Shown here piece after piece: positions 1 to 7,841 of a stretch of 52,940 nucleotides of DNA. The first letter of the stretch is position 1, and each line of letters opens with the position of its first letter. This stretch comes from a virus. Its lineage: Duplodnaviria; Caudoviricetes. Location of the stretch: positions 1 to 52,940 of IMG/VR virus record IMGVR_UViG_3300032086_003216; one strand, 5' to 3'. Under the pieces are notes generated by a model, which saw only the letters and a program-made list of their open reading frames with translations, was not told where the DNA came from and made no database searches. The position numbers and the translations under genes are program-made.

Positions 1-57
1 ATAGTGATATTTCAGGTTTTTGATGTGGGTATCCCCAAAATGTGCTATCCGCACCAT
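1..57 (-). CDS. Metallophosphoesterase-family nuclease (SbcD/Mre11/T4 gp47-like), N-terminus only; truncated by the window edge
   Basis: Not in the ORF track. Manual translation from ATG at 57 gives MVRIAHFGDTHIKNLKYHY, matching the calcineurin-like DxH motif I. An AAGGAG Shine-Dalgarno lies upstream. Confidence 0.7.
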   Translation of the reverse strand, partial: MVRIAHFGDTHIKNLKYHY

Positions 58-111
58 AGGCGCACTCCTTCTGTCAGTGTGTCTTATTGTACCAGAGGAT
101 GTTTAGGGTGT

Positions 112-516
112 TTAGGCTTTTATAGACCTACGGCGCATACGTCCAGTCATTTTGTCGAAGCGTGGCCTCATGTTAGCACGTCGGCTATTAATATATTTTT
201 GTACGATGGGTTCCACAAGTATCTCTGTTGAGAAATTTTTTGTTAGGTCTTCACGACCTATCTCATCAAACATTTCTTCAAGATGTTTTTTGATAATATC
301 CTCTGCCCGCAAAATATCCTCCATCGGAATGGCGGCACGCTCTTCTAGTGTCTCGCTTTCAGCAGGTTCCTCAGATTCTGCTTTAACGCAGTTTCTGTAT
401 GTTCTACCAAACATCTTTTTGGTTTTGCGAGTTTCGTGGGTCTTGTAGCCCTTCTGGCAACGTTCGTCAAGTTGCCTCTTCACCATCTCACGGATTTGTT
501 CTCTGGTGATTTTCAT
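112..516 (-). CDS. Class A leader protein with a basic Cys module (putative internal head/cargo protein)
   Basis: Starts MKITREQIREMVKRQLDE, then CQKGYK...YRNCVK, resembling the CWxGY...NCV motif of T4-like phage hypothetical proteins. ATGA overlap with the upstream gene. Confidence 0.75.
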   Translation of the reverse strand: MKITREQIREMVKRQLDERCQKGYKTHETRKTKKMFGRTYRNCVKAESEEPAESETLEERAAIPMEDILRAEDIIKKHLEEMFDEIGREDLTKNFSTEILVEPIVQKYINSRRANMRPRFDKMTGRMRRRSIKA

Positions 517-917
517 ACGTCCTTGATGCCGTAGTATTTCTTTGGTCCTCGACGAGGGTTCTCTGCTTTGCGTCCCATACTCTGGGCGAAAAGGTCAGTT
601 CGCTTTTCAAGGAATTTTGGACGGACAAGAACTTTATCGCCACGCTTGTAAGTGATCGAAGATGTTGATGCAATCGAGGGGTCATTCAGCAAGCGCAAAA
701 CAACAGTCGGGCGTCCATCCACATTACCCATTGCCGTTATTTCACCAACAGCGCCAGCCAAGATACTTCCTATAACATCGACTTCATCACCAATTTCAAA
801 TTCTAATTCTGGCATTGGTTCAAACTCTTTGGTTTGAAGTCCGTACTCTTCCGAGCCAAACTCTTTGAGTAACTCTTCTTGAATAATCTTTCGTAGTTGG
901 GTCTTGGTAATTTTCAT
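513..917 (-). CDS. Class A leader protein with a KOW/SH3-like motif
   Basis: Start moved to ATG 917 (MKITKTQLRKIIQEELLKE), 1 nt after the upstream TAA. FEIGDEVDVIGSILAGAVGEITAM fits a KOW motif. Confidence 0.75.
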   Translation of the reverse strand: MKITKTQLRKIIQEELLKEFGSEEYGLQTKEFEPMPELEFEIGDEVDVIGSILAGAVGEITAMGNVDGRPTVVLRLLNDPSIASTSSITYKRGDKVLVRPKFLEKRTDLFAQSMGRKAENPRRGPKKYYGIKDV

Positions 918-918
918 T

Positions 919-1269
919 TTAGATGTCCGAATCTGGTCCAACCAGTTTGTCTAGTTCAGCACTTGATATAGGTCCTTTGCCGACTGGTCCGTCATAGGAT
1001 GGTCCTTCAACGCCTTTTTGCAGAATAGCATAGAGGTCCGAAGCATAGGCTCTGGCTGCTGCCGAAATCTTCGCTCCGATCTTGGTTGTGCCAATTTCTT
1101 TGTATAGCAGTTCAGCCGTCTTCAATGCTGCTCTTGCGTCTTTATCACTCATCAAAGAGCGACCTGTTCCCAGAGGGCGGTCGTCTTCGGTAGCATACTT
1201 ATCTTCGCTAAGTTCTGCCTCCATCTCTTCTTTGATAATTTGTTGTAGTTGTTGTTTGGTGATCTTCAT
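919..1269 (-). CDS. Class A leader protein, unknown cargo
   Basis: Starts MKITKQQLQQIIKEEMEAELSE; 1-nt gaps to both neighbours. Confidence 0.75.
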   Translation of the reverse strand: MKITKQQLQQIIKEEMEAELSEDKYATEDDRPLGTGRSLMSDKDARAALKTAELLYKEIGTTKIGAKISAAARAYASDLYAILQKGVEGPSYDGPVGKGPISSAELDKLVGPDSDI

Positions 1270-1270
1270 T

Positions 1271-1525
1271 TTAGATATCCATCTTGCTCATATCTATATC
1301 GCCAACGGGCTTACCACTTGGTTTTGTTCCACCATGGCGGTTCTTCATAGCCAAAAGGTCATCCATTATTGCTTTTCCGTCAATGCCAGTTCTTTCTATG
1401 AAGTATTTGGCTTGTTTCATTAACATATCAAAGAAAACTTCCATTTCCATGCTATGTTCTTCGTTGAGTGTCTTTGTGAGTTCTTCTCTGATAACTTTTC
1501 GTAGTTGTTGTTTTGTGATTTTCAT
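1271..1525 (-). CDS. Class A leader protein, unknown cargo
   Basis: Start moved to ATG 1525 (MKITKQQLRKVIREELTKTLNE), with AGGGG upstream. Confidence 0.75.
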   Translation of the reverse strand: MKITKQQLRKVIREELTKTLNEEHSMEMEVFFDMLMKQAKYFIERTGIDGKAIMDDLLAMKNRHGGTKPSGKPVGDIDMSKMDI

Positions 1526-1529
1526 TTTT

Positions 1530-2246
1530 TTATCCCCTTGCAATTACGCTCAATAAATCTTCGGCTCGGGATGCCTGTTTAGCAGAGCGAACATCGTTGG
1601 ATGTTTGTCGGATGTCTATCAATAATTGTTCAAGTTCTTCCATGGCTTCCATAGCAGACATCGCATCCAGTCCTAGTTCTGCGTCAGCCATAGCCTGTAA
1701 ATCCTTGCCAGAGAGGCGGTCGCCCATCTCTTCGTCAAGTGCTTCTCTAATAACTTGTTGAAGTTGTGATTTAGTAATTCTCATTTTATTCTCCAAAGGT
1801 AATTCTGTTTGTGCTTCAGGTTCGCCGACCATTCCAGCGGGCTCTGGTCCTAAGTTCCTAAGGTCTGCAACATATTGCGCAACACCCTTCATAGTGGGGA
1901 GACTTATCTCACTTGGAGAAACATCGTCTTCGGCTCCCGCAAGGGGGTAGACCTGAACATCGTAACGTCCCATCATTCCAGCAGGGTCAATTGTCACTTC
2001 TGTATCCCTATAGTTAGTGAAGACAAGTTCGCCACGACTATAAAAGGCTTCGGCTTCAAAGAAAAGACCCAATTCAGCCATGATGGGCTCTACAAGTTTT
2101 TCCACCATAAGTCCAAGTTCGTGTCTGGTATCGTCGTTTCTGTCTTCAATATAGGCTCGGCGGGCTGCTTCTAATTTAGCAAACTCCATCTCGCCTTGGG
2201 TTTCTTCTTTGATTATTTGAAGAAGTTGCGTCTTTGTAATTTTCAC
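1530..2246 (-). CDS. Class A leader protein with a second, internal leader
   Basis: GTG start, MKITKTQLLQIIKEE. An in-frame MRITKSQLQQVIREALDEE begins at ATG 1784, preceded by GGAG. Confidence 0.75.
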   Translation of the reverse strand: MKITKTQLLQIIKEETQGEMEFAKLEAARRAYIEDRNDDTRHELGLMVEKLVEPIMAELGLFFEAEAFYSRGELVFTNYRDTEVTIDPAGMMGRYDVQVYPLAGAEDDVSPSEISLPTMKGVAQYVADLRNLGPEPAGMVGEPEAQTELPLENKMRITKSQLQQVIREALDEEMGDRLSGKDLQAMADAELGLDAMSAMEAMEELEQLLIDIRQTSNDVRSAKQASRAEDLLSVIARG

Positions 2247-2347
2247 TTACAGGCTCCTTTACATCCCGAACAGGAGCAGCATCCACAGCAGCAGCAACAA
2301 TGATTACTATTGAAAAGATTAACCAATTTGTGAAGCACGAGTTTCAT
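2243..2347 (-). CDS. 34-aa cysteine-rich peptide (metallothionein-like or RiPP-precursor-like)
   Basis: Manual translation MKLVLHKLVNLFNSNHCCCCCGCCSCSGCKGACK. GGAGG SD upstream; its TGA overlaps the GTG of the next gene (GTGA); it fills the gap between neighbours. Confidence 0.7.
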   Translation of the reverse strand: MKLVLHKLVNLFNSNHCCCCCGCCSCSGCKGACK

Positions 2348-2379
2348 TATGATCCCTCCAGGGTTTTCTTAAGTAGTTC

Positions 2380-3183
2380 CTAGAAACCAGCAAGTCTTAT
2401 GATATCAGAAGTTATCGCTAAGACAAAAATACCGAGCACTAGAACCGCACCAATAATATTTAGTACGTTCCTTGTCTTTACTGCCAATTTTTTGCGTCTT
2501 ACGCCCTCTACCGTAGACATCACAATATGTCCGCCGTCCAAAACAGGGATTGGCAGTAGATTGATAACCCCGAGATTGATAGAGAAAAAAGCAATCCAGT
2601 CTATTAAGAAACCCCAGTCGCCCGTTTCGGCACTGCGTTTTCTTGCTTGTTCTGTGAATTCATAGACTGCTACAGGTCCGCCAACCTCTTTGATGCCCAT
2701 AGGTTCTGGTCGTGGCATCGTTGCGGCTTCCCAAATGCTGCTATACATTCTTAGCGACACATTGTGAGCATACCCAGCAGCCTCTATCACCCCAATGCGA
2801 TGAGCCTGTGCCCCCTCAGGAACGTGAACGTCAGGGTATGGCTGTCCCACTAAGAATAAAAAATACAATGGCCAAGGCAACAACAAATTAAATACTGGAC
2901 CCATCACCGCAATAAACGCACGTCTCCACGGACCTGCTGCCCAAAATGATTGTGGATCTTGTTTTCTATTGTGATAGTCATCTTCTCCACGAGGTTTGAT
3001 GTAACCACCAAAAGGCAAGAGTGACAACCGCCACTCAGTTCCCCACATCTTCTTTTTGAGGAGGACTTTGCCAAAGCCTATTGAAAAACTATCGACGGCA
3101 ACGCCCACTGATCGGGCAGCAAGATAGTGCCCCAATTCGTGTATGAAAATTACTAAAACAATTATTCCAAGAAAGGTAAGCAC
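2380..3183 (-). CDS. rseP: Site-2 protease, M50 family intramembrane zinc metalloprotease (RseP-like, apparently PDZ-less)
   Basis: HELGH in TM1, FSIGFG and LSLLPFGGYIK motifs, GPVFN, and NLLPIPVLDGGH. GTG start with AGGAG SD. Confidence 0.9.
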   Translation of the reverse strand: MLTFLGIIVLVIFIHELGHYLAARSVGVAVDSFSIGFGKVLLKKKMWGTEWRLSLLPFGGYIKPRGEDDYHNRKQDPQSFWAAGPWRRAFIAVMGPVFNLLLPWPLYFLFLVGQPYPDVHVPEGAQAHRIGVIEAAGYAHNVSLRMYSSIWEAATMPRPEPMGIKEVGGPVAVYEFTEQARKRSAETGDWGFLIDWIAFFSINLGVINLLPIPVLDGGHIVMSTVEGVRRKKLAVKTRNVLNIIGAVLVLGIFVLAITSDIIRLAGF

Positions 3184-3632
3184 AAAGTTTCTCCTAGAGA
3201 CATTTGGTAGGATTGATATTCATACCTCGGAACTCCGTATCCAGGTATGTCCCACCTCTCTTTGATCCCAGGCGGTAAACGATGTTCTATCGGAGCCCAG
3301 AATTTTATATGATCATATATTCTTTTATTTTCTGCCTTGAGTCTTTTTATCTCTTCGTTTTGAAGTTCTATCTTGTTTTCAAGATTGCTAATTGCGTGGG
3401 TTGCTGCTTTTTCTAGTGTCCTTTCAAGTCCGCTTTCATTGAACAAGAACAACAAGAAGCCTGTATATATTCCACAGACCATTGCAGACAAAACAACAGT
3501 CCATACAACAGCCGAAAAATAGTTAGTCTTTATTTTATTATCAGGTGGGGAGACATCAATAATCTCAGGCTCATAAATAGATTCACGAGCATTGTCTCTC
3601 ATATTTCTATAGAAGTCTCTTTCCCTACTCAT
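3162..3632 (-). CDS. Single-pass membrane protein with a coiled coil
   Basis: Hydrophobic AVVWTVVLSAMVCGIYTGFLLFLF followed by heptad-like ISNLENKIELQNEEIKRLKAENKRI. Confidence 0.7.
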   Translation of the reverse strand: MSRERDFYRNMRDNARESIYEPEIIDVSPPDNKIKTNYFSAVVWTVVLSAMVCGIYTGFLLFLFNESGLERTLEKAATHAISNLENKIELQNEEIKRLKAENKRIYDHIKFWAPIEHRLPPGIKERWDIPGYGVPRYEYQSYQMSLGETLCLPFLE

Positions 3633-3658
3633 AAAGTAAATAGTTTGGGAAGGTTGTT

Positions 3659-4285
3659 TTAGTTCTTACGTTCGCCCTTTTTGCTTCTGCTCGATTGGTT
3701 TTTACAGAACTGCTTCATTGTAAAACCTTTAGGGTTAGAGCATTTATCTTTTCTTTTTTTTCGTTCCGCAGAAGACCACTCTTCTTTGATTCCGCCGCCT
3801 TTTGTTGCCCGCCAGCGGTTGCCTGTTTCTTTGCTTGGTTCCTCAACTTTGAGGGCTGGGTCTCGCTGTAGCCTCTTCCAAATGCTCTCACCAGCAGTTG
3901 TCTGCTTGGAGTCGCTATACAGAGTTCCATACCTATCAACTAGGAAGTTGTAGAGGTCGGTGATATAAAAGCCGCCACCCTTGACTTTGCGGACATTCCC
4001 AATAGCATAAGCATCTTCGTGTGGGTTGGTCGCAACATAAGCAATAGGTCTGTCGTCTTTATCAACCACAAACATTAGTTCGTCTTTGCCGAACTCACCA
4101 CCTGTAAAGAGTGCTATTTGGTGTCCCTTAAAATCACCAAGGTCTTGTCGCTTGGCTTTGCTGGGAGCATGTTCTTTATAAAAGTAATCTAGGCTCTTTT
4201 GTATTTCGCTTTGGTCGGTTGCTATATCAGCAATCTTCTCAACCTCTTTGATATACTTCCGCCACTCTGTTAGTAGTTTTTTCAT
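3659..4285 (-). CDS. Class B leader protein with a GNAT-like domain and a C-terminal basic Cys module
   Basis: Starts MKKLLTEWRKYIKE. LYNFL...LYSDSKQTTAGESIWKRL resembles a divergent phage GNAT pattern. After IKEE comes WS...CSNPKGFTMKQFC. Confidence 0.7.
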   Translation of the reverse strand: MKKLLTEWRKYIKEVEKIADIATDQSEIQKSLDYFYKEHAPSKAKRQDLGDFKGHQIALFTGGEFGKDELMFVVDKDDRPIAYVATNPHEDAYAIGNVRKVKGGGFYITDLYNFLVDRYGTLYSDSKQTTAGESIWKRLQRDPALKVEEPSKETGNRWRATKGGGIKEEWSSAERKKRKDKCSNPKGFTMKQFCKNQSSRSKKGERKN

Positions 4286-4286
4286 T

Positions 4287-4760
4287 CTACAACCCTCTTA
4301 CAATATCTTTGAGATGTAAATAGCCTCTGGCTTCATATTCATCATTTCTTTTGATTGAGTTGTCAATAGTTCCTCGTGTGAATTTTCTGCGGACAACTTG
4401 GTCTTCAAGAAATTGTAGCGGTTCTATGAAATTTTCTATGTCATCCCTTTTAAAAATCATACCGCCGCCTGCTTCTCTCATAAATTTTTGGGCTCCGCTT
4501 AACGCATACACGACATTGTTGATGGCTCTCGGAGAAGTGTTCCCTGAGAGGACTTCTTCAATTGCCTCATCAAATCGTTTAAGTTGACTTACTATTCGGC
4601 GAAGGTCAGTTACCTTCTCCATCTCTTCGTCTCCCAAAGAATCCAACAGGAATATAGCGTGTGAAGGAGATGATACAAATGCTTTGGCAATAGCATCCAT
4701 TTCCCGAGTTATTACAACTTCGTTCAAATACTTCCGCCACTCTGTTAGTAGTTTTTTCAT
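4287..4760 (-). CDS. Class B leader protein, unknown helical cargo
   Basis: Starts MKKLLTEWRKYLNE; ATGA overlap with the upstream gene. Confidence 0.75.
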   Translation of the reverse strand: MKKLLTEWRKYLNEVVITREMDAIAKAFVSSPSHAIFLLDSLGDEEMEKVTDLRRIVSQLKRFDEAIEEVLSGNTSPRAINNVVYALSGAQKFMREAGGGMIFKRDDIENFIEPLQFLEDQVVRRKFTRGTIDNSIKRNDEYEARGYLHLKDIVRGL

Positions 4761-5173
4761 TGTTCCATCACCATTACTGGGTTTCCGCCACTATCTTTGC
4801 CGACAACCTCAAAGCCATATCCTTCATACCAATCTACTAGACTGAAACCTTCTGCTTGGCTTTGTCCCAAGTCGGCTATGAGTATTGTAGTGTAAGCACC
4901 CGCATCAGCGGCTTGGCTCATAAAGTCTTCAACCAATTGGTTTCCAACACCTTGTCCTCTGTTTTCTTCGGGGACAAAAGCATTTTTCATTATAGCAACA
5001 GGTAGTTCAAGGTTTTGTATCACCTCTTCACTAACCCCTTCTTTGTTCGCCCAGTTCATTAGCCGGTCGATATTGTTATGAATAACACCATCAATAGTAG
5101 CACCATCTACATCAATTGATATTTCTTGGGCTTCTTTCAAAAACTTCCGCCACTCTGTTAGGAGTTTTTTCAT
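4757..5173 (-). CDS. Class B leader protein carrying a GNAT N-acetyltransferase
   Basis: Start moved to ATG 5173 (MKKLLTEWRKFLKE, ATGA overlap). Motif A VPEENRGQGVGNQLV and motif B LVDWYEGYGFEVVG. Confidence 0.85.
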   Translation of the reverse strand: MKKLLTEWRKFLKEAQEISIDVDGATIDGVIHNNIDRLMNWANKEGVSEEVIQNLELPVAIMKNAFVPEENRGQGVGNQLVEDFMSQAADAGAYTTILIADLGQSQAEGFSLVDWYEGYGFEVVGKDSGGNPVMVMEQ

Positions 5174-5745
5174 TTGTTTTTTTGTTTCCCCACAATACGC
5201 ACCTGCTTGGGTGAAAATACAGAAATGTTTTTCTCGCCGTCGCCGGTAACATAGAAGGCGTCGTAGCCTTGTGATTTCATCCATTGTTTCATTTGGGGGG
5301 TCTCCATTATATCGTAGTCCATACGCATTATAGAATGGAACGAGCCGCCGTAGGCTTCCATCTCATCATATTCATCGTCTTCATTTTTAATAAGACCTTC
5401 AAAGATTTCGTTATTTACTAACGCATCGTAAAGTTTCTGACCTTCTGGGTTTAGCTGCTCTCTTTCTGGGGGGTAAGCGGCATTTTCATCTGATAGAAGG
5501 TTAGAAGTGTCAAAGGCATTCTGGAAGTCCAGAGCCACTTCGTATATAATCCCGTCTTTTCCAGTAGCGTATAGTTTAGCAAAGTCCTTAGAAGGGGAGA
5601 AGAATAGGGAAGTCTCTGCGGCGGTGTTGCCAAAAGTGTGAAAAAACGTCGTCTCAAAATCATCAAAGTCTTTCGTGGAACCGTGGTACCATACTTCGCT
5701 ACCCTCGGCTAGATACTTCCGCCACTCTGTTAGGAGTTTTTTCAT
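5170..5745 (-). CDS. Class B leader protein carrying an ADP-ribosyltransferase-like domain (polyvalent-protein type)
   Basis: MKKLLTEWRKYLAE, then WYHGS..DFDDF, LFFSPSKDFAKLYA, IYEVALDFQN, GYDAF and SVFSPKQV. Confidence 0.7.
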   Translation of the reverse strand: MKKLLTEWRKYLAEGSEVWYHGSTKDFDDFETTFFHTFGNTAAETSLFFSPSKDFAKLYATGKDGIIYEVALDFQNAFDTSNLLSDENAAYPPEREQLNPEGQKLYDALVNNEIFEGLIKNEDDEYDEMEAYGGSFHSIMRMDYDIMETPQMKQWMKSQGYDAFYVTGDGEKNISVFSPKQVRIVGKQKNK

Positions 5746-5927
5746 TTTTTCTTTTTTGCCTTATCTTTTTCCAACGAATCCATCCCCCTCTTTAGCAGGT
5801 CAACTTGCCCGAGGGGTGCTGTTGTAGTAATGGCATCGACAAACGTTTCAAGCCAGCCCTTTTCTTTTTTCTTTTGCTCCACTACTTGCCGAACAATTTT
5901 TCTTAATTCATTGATTTTTATTTTCAT
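5742..5927 (-). CDS. Small basic protein with a class A-like leader
   Basis: MKIKINELRKIVRQVVE; ATGA overlaps on both sides. Confidence 0.65.
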   Translation of the reverse strand: MKIKINELRKIVRQVVEQKKKEKGWLETFVDAITTTAPLGQVDLLKRGMDSLEKDKAKKKK

Positions 5928-6748
5928 ATTCCTACCGCCTCTGGATATTTTGTTTTAGCGAACGCAATATATTTATCACGCAGTTCCTTAAAAAAGAAGT
6001 CTTTGAGTTCTTCTTCTGTATATTGAACTCTGTATTCCCCAGGAGTTTCTCTCTCGTCTTCGGCGTTCATCTTGTCTCGGCGTCGGCGGAACATATCAAA
6101 GAATTGTTTGAGACGTCTATCCAGTGCTTCCGTGTAGGGTATCTTGTAATACTTTGCTCTTTTGTAAACTTCTTTGGTGTAAGAATCTGTTTCAGATTCC
6201 GAAGCATAATATCCACGGACACCATCAAGGTTGTTATAGTTCCAGTTGATTCCGCCCATAGGGTTGTAAGTGCGAGGGTCAGAAGTTTTCAGCACATCAT
6301 CGGTTTGACCGCCGTGCTGGATCTCGTGGATGGTGACTGATTTGAGTTCGCCAAGATAAGAGTTAAGGTCTTGCTCATTGAAGCCGATATCTAGATAACT
6401 ACTGACTGTCATATAACTATCTCTTGGGTCCTGTGAGTCTCCCATAAAAGCCCCGCCGATTTGGAACTTGTCCCCTGTTTCTTCTGCTAGTTTTTTATCA
6501 ATGTAAAATTTGAACGAAACAGAGTACATCTTTTCGTCAAGTTCTTTTGGTAATGCTTCACCTCTTTCGTATCTTTTGGGTGTTACGACTATCAGGTCCT
6601 TGCGTGAGTTCTGGACATTCTCGCTGGGGATAACCTCGTCAATAATATATTTGACATAAGGTATTACCTTGCGGGTTAGTTCTGTTGTGGCTGCTTCGTA
6701 CCTTCCCTCTTGGAGAAAGCCTCGCCACTGCTCCATAATCAGTTTCAT
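5924..6748 (-). CDS. Class B leader protein with a zincin-like metallopeptidase motif
   Basis: MKLIMEQWRGFLQE; VTIHEIQHGGQ (HExxH) and a downstream YYASESETDSY candidate third-ligand Glu. Confidence 0.65.
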   Translation of the reverse strand: MKLIMEQWRGFLQEGRYEAATTELTRKVIPYVKYIIDEVIPSENVQNSRKDLIVVTPKRYERGEALPKELDEKMYSVSFKFYIDKKLAEETGDKFQIGGAFMGDSQDPRDSYMTVSSYLDIGFNEQDLNSYLGELKSVTIHEIQHGGQTDDVLKTSDPRTYNPMGGINWNYNNLDGVRGYYASESETDSYTKEVYKRAKYYKIPYTEALDRRLKQFFDMFRRRRDKMNAEDERETPGEYRVQYTEEELKDFFFKELRDKYIAFAKTKYPEAVGI

Positions 6749-7245
6749 TACGTTGGGTCCACTGCTCTACTCACATCTATAGTACGTCCGCTATAAGTTC
6801 CTGCAAGCCATCTTTTTAGTATTTGGTTCATATTGAATTCTTCAGAATCAAGTCTCATTTGAGCAAGATTTGAATTATCCTTTCCTACTTCTTCAATAAA
6901 CCATTGCACAAATGCTTCTTCAACATCGTTGTCAACAATAGCTGCGATCTTATCGTCTATCCGAAAAAGTTTTAAAAACTCTTGAGGCTTTGGTGGCTTC
7001 TTAGCAACATATGAATTGAAGAGGAACTTTACCAGAGGTGCTGCACTGACTGAACCAGCAGCATCTTTTGCCCAATCTACAATTGCCTTAGCCCCCTCTT
7101 TTGCCCTTCCCTTAGAACGAATGATTTTCATAAACTCAACCATATCGCCCAAGGTTTGCAGATTTTGACTTTGTATGAATTGTTGCATATCCTCAGTCAG
7201 TACTTCTTTTTGATAATTGCGCCATTCTGTCATTATTTTTTTCAT
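6748..7245 (-). CDS. Class B leader protein, unknown cargo
   Basis: MKKIMTEWRNYQKEVLTE; overlapping junctions with both neighbours. Confidence 0.75.
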   Translation of the reverse strand: MKKIMTEWRNYQKEVLTEDMQQFIQSQNLQTLGDMVEFMKIIRSKGRAKEGAKAIVDWAKDAAGSVSAAPLVKFLFNSYVAKKPPKPQEFLKLFRIDDKIAAIVDNDVEEAFVQWFIEEVGKDNSNLAQMRLDSEEFNMNQILKRWLAGTYSGRTIDVSRAVDPT

Positions 7246-7841
7246 CGTGATTGTACCTTATAAGTTTTTTGCTTACCGCCTGCAAATGTGTCTGTTTTAA
7301 AATCGTCCTTACGCATGACTGTAATTACTTTTATAGTGTCTGGTCCTTTTCGCATATCTAATACTGCGATGACGTTGAGGGCGGGGACTTTGCCTTTGCC
7401 GACCATACGAATATGGAATGGCTCGTCGTTGCCAAGTTCGCCGTTCGCATAGTCCTGAATGATTTTGCCGATGGCTAGTTCAACCGCTTGGATAATTGCT
7501 CGGTTAGAAATTTTCTCATCGTGGCGGAACTGGCGTTCCTTGCTGTGCTTGGTTGCTTCAAGGTCTGTGTCCTTTAAATTAATAATGACGTTGACGCCAC
7601 GAACTTTTGTGCTATATGCTTGTTCGGCGTCAAGGTCAGCCATCTTTTCTTCCATGAGGTGGTCGGCTGGGCGTCCTTGACTTATCCAGTCTTCAACAAC
7701 AAATACTTTTTGGTCTTCCGATAAATTCCAGAAAACCTCTTGGAGTTCTTCGCTCAAACGAGAGGCGTATTGCTTGTAAACCTTTTCGTTTACCTTTTGT
7801 ACTTTGACAAAATTACGCCACTCGGTCATCAACTTTTTCAT
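7242..7841 (-). CDS. Class B leader protein with a possible RelE/BrnT-like RNase domain
   Basis: Start moved to ATG 7841 (MKKLMTEWRNFVK, TAATG overlap). C-terminal ATKHSKERQFRH...IKVITVM pattern. Confidence 0.6.
   Translation of the reverse strand: MKKLMTEWRNFVKVQKVNEKVYKQYASRLSEELQEVFWNLSEDQKVFVVEDWISQGRPADHLMEEKMADLDAEQAYSTKVRGVNVIINLKDTDLEATKHSKERQFRHDEKISNRAIIQAVELAIGKIIQDYANGELGNDEPFHIRMVGKGKVPALNVIAVLDMRKGPDTIKVITVMRKDDFKTDTFAGGKQKTYKVQSR

Larger units (their letters stand above)
4255..5745 (-). repeat. Four copies of a 31-nt direct repeat encoding the class B leader (4255-4285, 4730-4760, 5143-5173, 5715-5745)
   Basis: ATGAAAAAACT[A/C]CTAACAGAGTGGCGGAAGT read at all four sites; one variable position. 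Confidence 0.95.

Noticed and set aside
4255-5745. 31-nt repeats as a CRISPR array
   Set aside because: Intervals are about 380-540 nt and protein coding, the repeat is a translated gene start, and no cas genes are present.
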